Counted from the whole stretch's first letter, positions 33,594 through 49,877 are shown. The stretch is 63,961 nt of DNA, filler included, from Collodictyon triciliatum (GCA_043381765.1; 3 parts of 3 records of this genome joined end to end with filler, not necessarily neighbours in it); one strand, 5' to 3'. The notes: a model not told the origin generated them from the letters alone. Numbers and translations: made by a program.

Positions 33594-35657
33594 ATGGCGG
33601 ATGAGCCTACGGAAATGGAATTGCTGCGAAGAATTCCAGGGATTCCTGACATAGCCACACTGAAGTGCTCCACAGAGCTGGACTTTCGTTGGAAAAACTT
33701 AACATATGTTCCTCAAGAACTGTTTGTGTCGGATCGTTTACAATTCTTAGACTTATCTTGTAATTGGATTATTTCTTTACCTCCAGAAATATCGTGCTTG
33801 ATTAGTCTCAAGATACTAAGACTAAGTGAAAATCGGCTGATATCACTCCCACCGGAGATATCATGCTTAATTGGTCTCAGCATACTTGATGCTTATGGAA
33901 ATAGACTGGCATCAATCCCACCAGAAATATCGAGTATGACCGATCTCAAAGCTCTCAATTTTGGTGGCAATAGACTACTGTCAGTGCCGCTAGAAATAAG
34001 ATTATTGACTGGGGTCACCAATCTTTGTGTTGGCGAAAATAAGCTGACTTCGCTACCGCCAGAAATATCGTGTTTGGTCAGCCTTGAAAAGCTCGATATA
34101 AGCGGAAATGAAATTTCTTCTCTACCAGCAGAAATTACATGTTTAACTGACCTCTATGTCCTCTGGATTTGTCGTAATAAGATGTCATTTTTACCACCAG
34201 AAATACCACGCTTAACTAGACTTGGATCTTTGTCCATATCTGGCAATCCGGTATGATTGATTTTTTTTTATTTTGTAATGCATGAAAAAAAAAAGAACGA
34301 GGCTAATATCGATACATGCAGATGGAAGAGCTTCCAGTGCAAATCACCGCACTCACAAATCTGAGCTGTATCCATATCGAGGACTCTGGAAAAGTAAATA
34401 TCAAAAGAGTGCCGCGTGGGTTTACAAATCTTCCGTGCTGGAAAAACTTAAGACAACAGAGCTATCATCATTTTCGTGCTCTGCAGATCTACGATTCTGT
34501 AAGCGAGAGAACCACGTACAACAGCGCCCACCACCCGCAACCTTACATTCCCAATATTAACAAACACCTCTCCCATACAGGTTCCGATAAGTCCAAATTG
34601 TGAGCCCGTGACAGGTGACTATGCTGACGTGATGAGTGTCGACTTAGCTGCTCACCCAGTCATCGGTGAAGGTGGCGTCGGCACAGTGCACATGGTGCGG
34701 CTGCATAAGGGGACTGTGGCTGTCAAGGTGCTGAAGATGAAAGCACAGCCGGGTACAATCGAATACAGCGAGCTAACACGGGAGTTTAAGTTGATGGTGA
34801 AACTGCGCCATGCAAATGTCCTCAGCCTCTTCGCATACGGCTGCAAGGACCAGGCAGTCTTCTACATCATGGAGTATGCCAACGGCAGGAGCATTTGGGA
34901 CATTCTCATGGCCTCCGGTACGGCGCTTTCATTCACCAAGTGCATTCAATATGCCATCCAAATCAATGCAGGTTTGAAGTACCTTCACACTCGCACTCCA
35001 CCCGTTGAGCACCGTGACTTGAAGCCCGAGAATATTCTGCTATGCCATGACGTGGCCAAAATATGCGACTTTGGCATCTCCTCTGCCCGTGAAGCCGTCT
35101 ACTGCGCAACTGGATTCCAAGGATTACTTCACTACATCGCGCCAGAATACTTTGACACAGAGAAGCACCACAGTATCATGAGCGACGTGTACTCATTTGG
35201 CCTTGTCATCTGGACAATGCTCTCTGGGCAGCGGCCGTACGAAGGGCTTACCACAGACCAGATTTCCACACAGAAAGTTCAGCAAAAGCTCCCTATAATC
35301 CCACCCATGACTCCCAAAAAGATGGCCGCCCTGCTGAGCCAGTGCTGGGCCCTCGAGCCCCGAAACCGCCCGTCTGCAGCTGACTTGGAGTCGAGGCTTA
35401 TTGGAGTAAAAGCAAGCCCAGGGCCTGCTATTATTGAGGTGATATTGGTAAAGGAAATGGCAACTACTGAGCTGGTTGCCTATCTGAGGGGTAAGAACGT
35501 GGTGCCTGGCTTTGTGTCTGCAATCAGCGAACACAAGGTAAATGGTGAGAATTTTCTGGAGATGGATGAGATTACCATTATGTCTGCTCCCTTTTCTCTA
35601 CCAAAATTCCAGGCAAGAGGCATTCTGCTGCTTATCGAAGAGGCAAAGCGCGCTTGA
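33594..35657 (+). CDS. LRR - TKL kinase - SAM domain protein, 3 exons
   Basis: LPPEIxxLxxLxxLxLxxN repeats, introns at ~34251-34321 and ~34499-34580, kinase motifs IGEGGVG/VAVK/HRDLKPEN/DFG/YIAPE, and a C-terminal SAM-like ELVAYLRG...ISEHKVNGENFLEM. Confidence 0.9.
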
Positions 35658-35829
35658 CATGTGTGGGCCTGCAGATTTCGCTTCAAGTATAGTTCAAAAT
35701 TCTGATTTTTCTGCCTTAGCTCTCAACCAATAATGAAACATATACTCTTATTTTCTTTTTAAGAAACACCAAATCCAATGAAATAAAGAAAATATAAAAT
35801 ATATGGATGATATGAAAACAAATATTTTC

Positions 35830-35965
35830 GCAGGATGCAATTCCTGATTACCAACTACTTCTCCGCCACCCGGCCACCAAGTAACGTCGATGCAAACGAT
35901 GGCTAGCGAACCAAAGCCAATATCTCCACCATCCTGCACAAAATTGAAAGGAAGAATAAAAAAAA
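35830..35965 (+). mobile_element. 5'-truncated retroelement, family B (~135 bp), with imperfect TSD
   Basis: Ends gcacaaaattgaaaggaagaat(A)8, like 33491-33526. Flanked by tatgaaaacaaatattttc and tagggaaaactaatatttc. Encodes RRMQFLITNYFS...DG*. Confidence 0.7.
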
Positions 35966-37027
35966 TAGGGAAAACTAATATTTCTATGAAAATTTTTCTT
36001 CTTATGGTATTATTTGGTAGGGTCAGAAAAAGGAAAATTATAACCAGAGCCGTTCTTAACACTTCAACGGGATAGATTCCCACTGATATCGAATACCTCG
36101 ATACATATATATTAAAACACCCTATTCTTTCTATTGCTATGGGTCAACACGATAGAAGTTTGGACACACCTTTGTACTAACTGAGAGTATGTGGATTGCA
36201 TAAGTGTCACACTTGAAGACAATAAAACGAAGCGAAGAAAATGAAATAAAGCAAGAAAAAGTAAAGGAAAACTTAGTAAAATGTGGATTTATATATCATA
36301 TTTTTTTAATCAATAGATCAAAACATAAAATTTTGGTTAATCGCACAGAAACCAGCGGCCATCAATCACTTCCAATATCGTTACTCTCGAATCTATCCAG
36401 ACACTCCTCAACAATCCCTGCGGAAACCATCTAAAAGAATGTTCCAGAAATTAGACTGTAAGAAGGACGGTCTACCCAACCTTTCGTTCTCAAAAAGGCT
36501 CTGTTTGAGTATAATGTGAGCAGCTACAAGGCTCAGAAATGAGGAAAAACTCTTCAAGCACTGTTCATGGGAACATCCCAAGTTGTGAAAGTAATCTTTC
36601 TCACCTGCCAAAAAAACTCCAAAAAATGAAGAAAAGAAAAAGAAGCTCAGGTGAGATTAAAACATACACAAATCAACTTAAAAATAAAGACGATCTATCT
36701 TTATATTTTGGAGCATCTTGTTTAAGACATCTACAAGGAGTTTCACTTGGAGCAGAATCTACCACTTCCTCTCCACAGACGGTTCAAATGCGTACTATTA
36801 AGAGAGTGACAATATTTCATTCTGAGCTTTCCAATCACAATTCCATTCTGTTTTGTATAGATTAAGCTAGTGACTATGAATGGTGAGGAAGACATAAAGA
36901 CTGGAGGGCGAAGAACAACTCCAAGTCGATAGAACACAAATGAACCAATTTGAGAGCTGGCTTAATGCAACTTGTGACGGGTTAATTGATTTTTATTGAC
37001 CTGTCAAAAAAAAACTCTCTTTATACT

Positions 37028-37179
37028 CATATCAAACCCTTGTTGCGCACACATCTGACCAAATTCTTTTTCCTTTATTTGATTCTAGGGATGCCCGCCT
37101 GACCAACTTGCTATCACTGATTTCTTTCCAGTGGAGGCGTGCTTCAACAGCTCAGTCTGTTGTTAATTAAAAAAAAAAA
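37028..37179 (+). mobile_element. Diverged 3' fragment related to family A
   Basis: catatcaaacccttgttg and gggatgcccgcctgaccaacttgctatcactgatttctttccagtg align with 32738-32824; the ORF ends TAA, then TT and an A11 run. Confidence 0.7.
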
Positions 37180-37855
37180 TCTTCTCGGTGGCAACTTTGC
37201 ATCAACATCATTTTTCACACCGTTGTATTACTTCTGCACCTTGTATGAATTAACTATCGGTACATCTAATTAGCTAAGATGAAAAAACTTCTGTCCTGTA
37301 CCCTGCAGCATCGACAGACAAACTGATGAAGCCAAAGCCAGTTACCTCATCTCCGCACCCTTGCAAACCCCAAAAATCTGCTGACAGTCCCAATTGGGTA
37401 TTTCCACATATACACCAACGGTTTCTCATGCCTTTTTGCTCCCAACGAGACAAAACCAGTTCTCGTTCTCAACGCCATTCATTTAGTCATCCACTGGTCG
37501 TTCTTTTCTCGATTACTGATGGCGCGACGGCTTGTATAAACAACAAACCTTGTTCAAAGCCCAACCGTGAAGATGGCGAGGCTGCAGACAAGGGCGCACT
37601 CCTTTTACACCGATTATAACCGCAGCCTCCATGACTGGGTGACAAAGCCTCATGCTTCCCTGTTTGTGTCCTTGTGAATTACTTTCTCTGCATGAGACAA
37701 GCTTGCCATCGCGCAGCCTCGCAAGAAGATTGATCAATCACAATAGACGCAAAACAGGGTTAAATTATCTTTGCTCAACAAAGCACTCAATCGACTCATC
37801 CCAGCACACAAGGGTCGCCTGCAGAGACTCTGAAAGAGAAAGGAAAAAGAAAATA

Positions 37856-39781
37856 ATGAACTATGTCCTCGGGTACTCAGACGTGAAAGGCTTGGAAGTC
37901 GGTGTGCCAAAAGACTGGAGTCAACCCCCAAAGTTCCGCGTCCTCCGCACTAAAGGCGAGCTTGAGAAGCTGGGCTTCTGTGCCTATGCAACAGGTACGC
38001 ACGATATCGTACGAAATCAAAAATAAAAATAAAACCAGAAAAAAAAACTACATTATCCCGCAAATGAAACATGCATTCATAAATCCACCTGATAATATTA
38101 TACCGGAAGGCATTCCCACAACTCTACTTTCGCTTTAGTGGCCCTACTTAGCAATATATCACTGACAGATCGATAAAACTCCCACTTTTTTATATCTAGT
38201 ATGGTTTAGCCTCTGGACTGTTTTTTCCCTCTCATTAGTTACATTAGACTAAATCCTTTTTCCTTTCAATTGGCCCGCTCAAAACTTTATCAACCAAGAG
38301 CCTGCTGATGAAGAGAGAATCCACCGGAAACGAATAGGCATTCCGCAATTAAAAAGTACTGCCGTCGAGCACGGAGAAGGGAAACGGCATATCATAAGCG
38401 AAAACACAAAATACTCGTATGGGCAATATGTTCTCATTTACGAGTACGAATCCATTTATAATAGCAAGAATCAATATATGATTAGGATTCATAATGTGCA
38501 TTAGGTGTGGGATGGATTGGAATTCTCGGAGGCGATACCTATCTCCCTTACGACCACTCCAAGAACCAGAAAAGAGCACCATTAAAGTCTTTCCAGAGAT
38601 GTCAGGTCCTTCTGATTTTCCTTCTCTTGTTTCCTTCAAAAGTTACTCATTATTCATTTTCAAATGTACGATTATCATCATCCATCGTAGCCATACAAAA
38701 AGAATTCAAAATTCATTCAAAAAAGATATCTGGAATGATTAGGATACGAGTCATTGAGAATTTCAGATGATTCGAATCTTCACAGTCACCCGGAAAGAAG
38801 GCACCATAACCCAGAGTCCAAATCCTTATACTCTATTAAGGCAAAACCTGACCCAACCTTCGAACAGAATATGGGCCGAAAATCTAGAGGTTAGGCGAAT
38901 CCTACGAAGAAGAAAGAAAGAAAAAATACACCAACATTTCATGTTCCAAGAAAGCTTACTATTTTTTTTAAAAACATACAAACAAACAAATATTTTCATA
39001 GTGAACGAATCCGATATGAGAAATGGCTTTGAAGTTCACTCTCCTGGAGATAAACCATATATTACATCAGAAGAATCAGCAGGATTTTATAACGATAGCA
39101 CCACGCCATCAATTATTTGGAGGCAAACATTTTAGTTTCAAAACAAACACCCAATCCTATTCTTTGAGAATATATAACAAAAAAATTGATATGTCATCAC
39201 ATCATTGTCAATATACGATATGATGAAGAGCATGTGATGATATTGGTAACATACCTGATTTTAAACCGAATATATACCATAGTTACATCTCATACTTTTT
39301 TACATAGACTCCAAGGCCAACAGTTTCTTGCAAACAAAAGTTCTGCGCGAAAAGGAGCAGACGTGTATGCAGTTTTTTTTATTTTTAATTTATTTCTTTC
39401 TTTATTTCTTTATCGTTTAGCGAATCTAATTGAAGCAACAATAAAATCGAGCATATATTAAAACTGCATATACATGTACCTTTTAAAGACATGGAACATG
39501 AGGTATTCAAACACGATAATCGTCGCCGGTTTAGGGACAACCTTGGAGGACTTACAAGGATTGACCGTGAGATGCAGCGTATAGACATCCAGGATGTTTG
39601 TGGGTTGGAAGAGTGGACACAAAAGAGGCTCTTATCTCTGCCAAAGGCATCCACAGAGGCATCTTCAAATGCCGTTCCTTTGGTTTTACTGGCCAATCCA
39701 AAGAAAGAAACCGGGCTGAGAAACCAACCACAAGCATCCTCTACTTTACCGAAGCTCAACCAAGCAAAATCCAGCAAATAG
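37856..39781 (+). CDS. SPATS1 (SASRP1 family)-like centrosomal/ciliary protein, multi-exon
   Basis: RNGFEVHSPGDKPYITSEESAGFYN and IDIQDVCGLEEW resemble the SASRP1 motifs RNG...PGD.PY..E.S.GF and EI.EV..LD.W (recalled, not searched). Confidence 0.65.
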
Positions 39782-39891
39782 TTCCTGGTCTGTGAGCTGA
39801 CAGCAATATTTTTCTTTCATAAACAGTTACAATAAAGAAGCCATTTATCGAATTTTGAAGAATAACTTGTGTTTTCATACCTCTTTTCGTT

Positions 39892-40505
39892 CTATTCATT
39901 TGGTACCCAGATGTGGGTAATGGAATTAAGAATGGCATGCGTCTTTATTTATTCATGTCTGGAAGATATGTTTTCGTGAACTCATCGTTTTGAGGAAACA
40001 AAATCAAAAGAAAAGGAGAGCCGTGCAACAAATGGATATTCCGCGAGAGAACAGGAAGAACTTCCTTCATAACTTCCATTTGAGGAGTGTCGTCAGCGAT
40101 AGTCAATCCGGGTATGACGCAGTGCGGTATGCGGCATTGGGCCTTTGCATGCACTAGCAGCTTGATTGTATCGTTTGTTGGAACATGCTCGAGGACGGTC
40201 GAAACGGCATACAAAGGCTTTGGAAGCCACGACAGCTGTTGATGTATAAAGTTGTAGAGTGCAATATTGATTGGAAAAATTGATTTTTTTTTGAACGAAT
40301 GAAACCCAGACAGCCATTATATTCGGCTTCGGGTGGATGCTAGTCTTTCTCTTTTCATCTATGTGCACATATTGGGTAGCTATAAATGTATTACCTTGTC
40401 CAAGAGATGGAGGAGATTGCAGGTGATTCCGTAGACCGGCCGCTGCACAACAGGACAAGATAGGTCACGAGACCACGCGTCGATAACAAACGAAAAAATA
40501 GACAT
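39892..40505 (-). CDS. Small hypothetical protein (~110 aa, 3 exons)
   Basis: MSIFSFVIDAWSRDLSCP...LLDK|LSWLPKPLYAVSTVLEHVPTND...MKE|THAILNSITHIWVPNE* with in-frame GT-AG junctions; the last exon is uncertain. Confidence 0.5.
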
Positions 40506-40760
40506 AAGCGGCTCCCACAGCCGATTCAGACTCGTCCGTTCTATCGAGTTTGAAATAGTAATCAATTTTTTGTTCTTTATTAGATTGGCCTAAAACCTCA
40601 ATATGCCCGATTCTTTTATTAAATCTAAATTTCGATATTCTTCAACATGTGTCACAGCTTATCTCTCAAACTAACCAAAATAAATAAGTAATTGCAATAT
40701 TTTGAGTACTTGGACATAGCACTTTCGTTGAGTGGGTTTATGGGCTACGATGATAAGCTT

Positions 40761-43682
<2,922 letters not shown>

Positions 43683-43813
43683 AGTTCACACCCACCCACA
43701 CACAACCGCGGAGGAAAAAAAGGGGGGTCCTGTATGGTTTGTTTAGATGAACGATCATGCTAACCGTAAAAATCGTGGCTTCCGTGGTTTGGCAACGAAG
43801 ATTTTGCCCCGTA

Positions 43814-44018
43814 GAAAGAAAGAAAAAGAAAAAAGAAAAAAGAAAAAAGAAAAAAGAAAAAAGAAAAAAGAAAAAAGAAAGAAAAAAGAAAGAAAAAAAG
43901 AAAGAAAAAAGAAAAAAAGAAAAAAGAAAAAAAGAAAAAAGAAAAAAAGAAAAAAGAAAAAGAAAAAGAAAAAGAAAAAGAAAAAGAAAAAGAAAAAAGA
44001 AGAAAGAGAAAAAGAAAA
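43814..44018. repeat. A/G-rich (AAAAAG)-type tract
   Basis: Low-complexity purine run; source of the poly-K/F ORFs. Confidence 0.9.
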
Positions 44019-44337
44019 GGATACGCTCAGACAATTAGTCTTTTCATTTTCTGTTAAGCGATTCAAAAGAAAAAAGCCTCAGTTGCTTCAAAGTTGGATA
44101 CTGCTCACTTGTAGCGACAAGAGAGCAAAACAGAAAGGAAATAGTCATAGCCGTATGTTCATCTTTTCCTCAGCTTTTAATTGGCACCGCGCACGACACA
44201 GCGAGATTCTGCGGCTGGGAAAGAGGGAAAGAGGGAAAGAGGGAAAGAGGGAAAGAGGGAAAGAGGGAAAGAAAAAAAAGAAAAAAAAGAAAAAAAAAAG
44301 AAAGGAAGAGTGCTTCACGAGTGTTGTTGCAGAAGCC

Positions 44338-44734
44338 TCAGTTCTTGTAAGGCTTTGTCGCCCACGCAGCATAGTTGACTGACAAGTCGAGCGGGTCGAA
44401 TGTGAAGGAGCTGGTGAGTGGATTGTAGTGGATTCCCAAGAGGCCCTGTTTGCGAGGACAGATATTAGTGTTGCTGATCTCGCCCTGCGCAAAACACCCT
44501 TTCTGTGGATGCTGCCCGAGACCAGGAAAGCAACGTAGCAATAGAAGGAAAGAAGAAAAAAGAAAAAAATATAAATAAGAACATCCAAACATCAGCAGGA
44601 TATATGCATCATGGAGGGTATCAAAGCTGGATACTGCAAGTATGAAAGGAGGGAAACCTTTAATTGGAGACCGTTCTGGTCGAGAAGATAATGCAGCTCC
44701 TCAGGGCGAATGAATCTTCTCCAGTCGTGAGAGT
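44338..44734 (-). CDS. COQ3: Ubiquinone biosynthesis O-methyltransferase, last two exons (5' part lost at the contig end)
   Basis: SHDWRRFIRPEEL...LK|GLLGIHYNPLTSSFTFDPLDLSVNYAAWATK matches the COQ3/UbiG C-terminus. Confidence 0.85.
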
Positions 44735-44799
44735 CTATTGTATGATTAAGTTACTATCAATTTTGAGTATGACTATTGGCCTTTATTTTCGTTTCTTTG

Positions 44800-44905
44800 A
44801 AGACAAAAGACAAAAGACAAAAGACAAAAGACAAAAGACAAAAGACAAAAGACAAAAGACAAAAGACAAAAGACAAAAGACAAAAGACAAAAGACAAAAG
44901 ACAAA
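44800..44905. repeat. (AAGACAA)n 7-mer tandem repeat
   Basis: Intronic in COQ3; runs into the gap. Confidence 0.92.
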
Positions 44906-45005
44906 NNNNNNNNNNNNNNNNNNNNNNNNNNNNNNNNNNNNNNNNNNNNTTAATTAATTAANNNNNNNNNNNNNNNNNNNNNNNNNNNNNNNNNNNNNNN
45001 NNNNN
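44906..45005. other. Artificial contig linker N-TTAATTAATTAA-N
   Basis: Same spacer as 25841-25940. Confidence 0.95.
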
Positions 45006-45060
<55 letters not shown>

Positions 45061-45343
45061 AAAAAAAAACAAAAAAAAAACAAAAAACAAAAAAAACAAA
45101 CAAAAAGCAATAACCATATACACTCCCGTCTTGCTCATTATTCCAAAGTATATTAACCCGTAGACAGAGGTCCCTATATTTAAATGATTTACCTGCAAAT
45201 CAACCCGTGATGCAAAACACGCTTTCAATCGATTCTTTCTGCCATGAAAAATCGAACCCTCTCTCATTCTAAAGCATTAAAATATCTAAAAATGAACAAT
45301 TGAACTCGATAATCGATCATCTAGAATATAACAGTATCATCAG

Positions 45344-46006
45344 AGGCAGATCGGTTCAAATCGCTGTATAGGAATACCCTTGATCACTACGAGGAGGACC
45401 TCGCAGGTATTCACTTATTTGCTTTTATGTTTATTTGTCTCCTTGAACCCTAACTGTGACGGTGTTATGGAGCAATATATTATCTTGACCTCTGGAGAAT
45501 AGTAAATATTTTGATTTTTTTTTTCACGTGAAAGACGGGATTCTGTATAATAGATCTAATTCAATAACACTTTCAAGTTGCTGTAACTCAGGAAGTTGAA
45601 AAGTATAATACGCGATTAACAGAAATGGAGAAAGAAAAAAAGTCAGCTGTTTTTAAGATGAACCTATTGAAGGTAGATTTTTTTTTTCAAATAGCAACAT
45701 AATGAAAAAAGAAATTCCTTCCAACTTGAATTAAGATGTAAAAAGGATGTGTGTAATTGTTATGAAAATTTGTATCATTAAAAATTTAATCGATTTTTTT
45801 TTTAAAAAAAATACTTTGGACAGTAAAAACAAAAACAATAAAACAACTAGAAATATATAACCATAAAATGTAATCTCTATTTTTACGCATGTTGCCATTC
45901 GCAGGAAGATATTGAGACGATGAAGCAACAAATGGATTCCATGGTGCCTTACCAGACCTACGACGAGGTGGACAAAATCTATTTTCAAGATTGTATCCTA
46001 TTTTGA

Positions 46007-46100
<94 letters not shown>

Positions 46101-49100
46101 TGAATTGGTATAACTCATATGCGCAATAGGCCAAAAGGAACATATCTCTGTTGAAATTTGAACTCGTCATCATGAAAGAGCAGATGGAGAATTTGAGAAA
46201 AATACAAAATAACTTGATCAACAAAGCCATCAGGGTAATATCTTGAATACACCAACGCAAACTGCTTGACTTAACTCTCTTAATGATTTTATAATGTCAT
46301 GATATGTGAGTCATAGTAGCAAAAAACCAATAAGTATATATTTTTTAAACCCTATATATTCGAAAGTAGGAGCTAAAGAAAAGAGAAAGAAAATGTCAAG
46401 TCAACAAACAAGCCTACACAGAAGAGCTAGGGAGACGTACCCCGAGGCCTGATTGGCAGAGCATATTCCCAGAGTACATGAATTTGCATATAAATCTGCT
46501 GCACTGTACACTTTCTGAAAAATTAAGGGAATTTCAAACTATTTTTTTCGAAAGTTAAAAAATACAAGGAAATAATCAGAATATTGTAAAATAATCCAAA
46601 TAAAATAGATAAACAATCCTATAATCTAAAATGACAACAGAATAAATAAACAAATTAAAAATTACAGGAGTATAACGTTGGCTTATTTTTTATCATCCAT
46701 TCATTTTCATCTACTCATTTAATATTTAAACCATGCAATCATACGGACAACTATTTAATTCTAATTTATTGTCATCATGGCTCCCTTTAGTTACGATACT
46801 GTCGTAGAATTTAAGTCTATTGACCTTACAACAGAAGGATCCACCGTTGGGAAGGTTATTTGTTTGATACCTTTGCAAAGGGCATATAATGAATAATATT
46901 TCTTCTCATCGGTGTAAATATGCAATGATCTTCTGAAAGTATTCAATTATGAAATATTTCATACTTTAAGGTTTTGCTGCTAAAGGAGGAACTTATCAGA
47001 GTTAATGAAGAACTCGAACAGTACAAGGTTAATATTAATTAATTAAAATTCAAAAAGAAAAGCAACCATAATCCGTTAAATAAAATCATCATTACCAAAT
47101 AAATGATAGTCAATATCCACCGTACATCTGGAGAAGGAAAAAGAGGTAGTCGAAACACCGACCGGTGATAAGTTCTTTACGGGGCTTGGGGTTGGACCAG
47201 AAGTACCAAAATACCTTCGAATAAGTGGGAAAGTGAGTTTCTAATAATTTTTGAATCAAATGCAATACTACAAATTTAATCATATGTTCCTTTTTTTTTT
47301 TTTTTAGTAGTTTTTTTCTTTATAGATACCATGTAAATAAAAGAAATCCCACACATTAGTGATCCAAATACACACATGACCCTATTGTTGATGATATTTT
47401 ACACATGGACATACATTCAGAAAAATCTCATCATCTATATCAAATATGCAGATAAAGAATAGAAAGTTGGCAAAGAGAGATACCGAAATGATAATTAAGG
47501 ATGTTTGGAGGGAGCGCTCACAAACTCTGAAAGGCGGCGGGACCAAAGTATCTACATATTCTCAAGAAATAACAAAATACATACATTTTCTACTCTGTAT
47601 AAATCACACTTCGCCCCATTACCACACATACACCTTGCTATCTCTCATCACTAATATGTTTTCACTTTGAATACCCTTAATAACAAGCAGAAAATTCGCC
47701 TACAAGATTTTCTATACCAATATCTCCAAAATCATTATGGATTACATAACGTCATTGTAGAATGGGCATACAATCTCATAGATGCACTGGAAAGGTTTTT
47801 TCGGTTATTCTTTTATTTATAAATACCAAGATATAATAACTAATTATTTTTTTTTTTTTTAAAAAAAAGTGATGATATTCACTTACAGAATGCCAATTCC
47901 AAATTAGGTTCAAATACGATGGTGACTGTGAGCTATTTCTTCGCACGCTTCAAGGAGAGCTATCTGATGATGTTTGCCCTATATATTCAATAAATGGTCA
48001 TTATCATGCAATTAAAGTATTGAAATGGAAAAAAAAACGGATTATTTTTATGGTCTATGGCAGGCTCACGACGACCAGATGACCATGGTGGAAAATTTGA
48101 GACAAATATACATAAAGTATTATCTCATAATAATTATGTCCACTAGTGTATTTGTAATTTATATTTCGATTTCGTTTATAGTTCAGAATGCCCCTTTCTT
48201 TTTCTTCTGAGGAGAAAAAGAAACTAATTTGCAATATAATCAGGCAAGATGTTACTGCAAACGGCAAGGAGACTGGAAAGCTATCCAGAAAGGATGTTTT
48301 ATCACTGCTTGGGAAGTGTGCCTTTCTTTCAAATTTCAATACACTCAAGTTTGCATATGTCAAAACACAAAGGCGAATATGCTTCCATTTTGAAGATTTA
48401 TTTATTGTTTCTATAAGTCCAAAACACCGATAAATATTTACTAAATATATTCATTCTGAACAATATGGAATTACAAATAAGCAACTTTGAACTGAAACAC
48501 AATTTACAATTCGCATGCCGTAGGTATTTCACATTAAAGACGCCGGAGCGATTGAATCTTATACGTGGGGTTAGTGTATTGTACATTCCGATAAAATGAC
48601 ACTGATAATTCTGGCAAATGGATGCGTGCTTTTGGAGAATAATTCATCTTATGACACATATTGTCTGCTTACAGTCCCTTCTCCACGACCAACCAGGAGC
48701 CACTATTCTGTATCAAAAGGTGACGGTCATGCAAACTCGATGCATTTTTTTTTCGATCTCTTCTTTTTTCTTATTTTTTTCGCCACTATAAATCAACATA
48801 TGCGATGATAGTGAGGCATGAATGAATGTAACATGCACTGTGTAGCTTTTTGAGGAGGATAGAGATGGAAATCAAGGGATGTTTGTCGAGACTATTCGAA
48901 GCCAGCATCTAGAGGAGATTTTGGAGTTCAATGATAGTATAGAGGTTAATATGCATTCTTTGACTCTCTTAATAGTTACCATACACAAAATCTTTATCAG
49001 ATAGTTCAATTCATAGGAGTCGAAGATATGAAAAAAAAATTCCGTCGTGATCTAAATTATTTTATTTATCCACATAAAATAAGGCTGGGCTTTCCAAACT

Positions 49101-49877
49101 TGCAGAGGAGAACCCTGCGCCAAAAACATCTGATTTGATAAGGTTGCATTTCCTATCATTTTGTGTGGGGATAATCAAATTCCTTACTAGTTTATTCTGT
49201 CTTGAAAGTTTTCTAGTGAAAGACAGATACGTTCACATCTTACTATTACGAATATTTGCGGACGCTAATACGATGATTTTCACAATACCGTGTGTCTACG
49301 GCAGAATGATGTCAGAAATAGATCCCCACAAACCGCCTGCCGATATTAAAGGATGGGTTGCCACTGTCCTTTCACTCCAAACAATTCCTGAAGACGGGGA
49401 TGCGATAGACGTTAACTCATTGAGAAAAGTATGCCATAATGAACTTTTATAATGAACCCCCTATTTGCTGATAATAAGGACAACATGACTTGGTTTTTTT
49501 GAATGGATGCTACTTAGATTCTTTTTCATATAGCTGATTATCCTTATTTAGGGTAATTTATTTATTTTGCTTGAAAAAAAAATTCAACAATGCGTAGTAG
49601 GATATGCCTTACTTTTTAATAACCGATATATACGTAGGGATTTCGCCCAGTTTTGTTCAAACGCACGAGTTTTCCAAAAACACATATAGAGATGAAGAAG
49701 CGTGAAATTGCAAAGTTGCTCGAAAAATCAACTGCGCCTGTAACAACCAACGAGAGCACAGCGCGGGCAATCACGCCGTGCGGAGGAAATCGCCTGGACT
49801 TTGACTCGTCGGCCTACGACCCGTCCCTAATAGACCATATCTTTGATGACATTTTGAATACAAAAGAGAACAACTAG
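45344..49877 (+). CDS. TSNAXIP1: Translin-associated factor X-interacting protein 1-like, many exons, probably 5'-partial
   Basis: TPRPDW, FFTGLGVGPEVPKYLRISGKIKNRKLAKRDTEMIIKDVW, EWAYNLIDALERFKYDGDCELFL, LFEEDRDGNQGMFVETIRSQ. Confidence 0.85.

Noticed and set aside
33545-33600. B-box-like GTTCGAGTCC on the minus strand (tRNA or SINE head?)
   Set aside because: No cloverleaf and no convincing A box.
35970-37700. Possible spliced gene between the LRR-kinase and SPATS1-like genes
   Set aside because: Exon-like pieces could not be joined in frame on either strand, and no motifs were recognised.
45993-46000. GTATCCTA as a U12-type donor in TSNAXIP1
   Set aside because: Phase with the next exon favours the upstream GAG|gtggac donor, so the motif appears to be intronic by chance.
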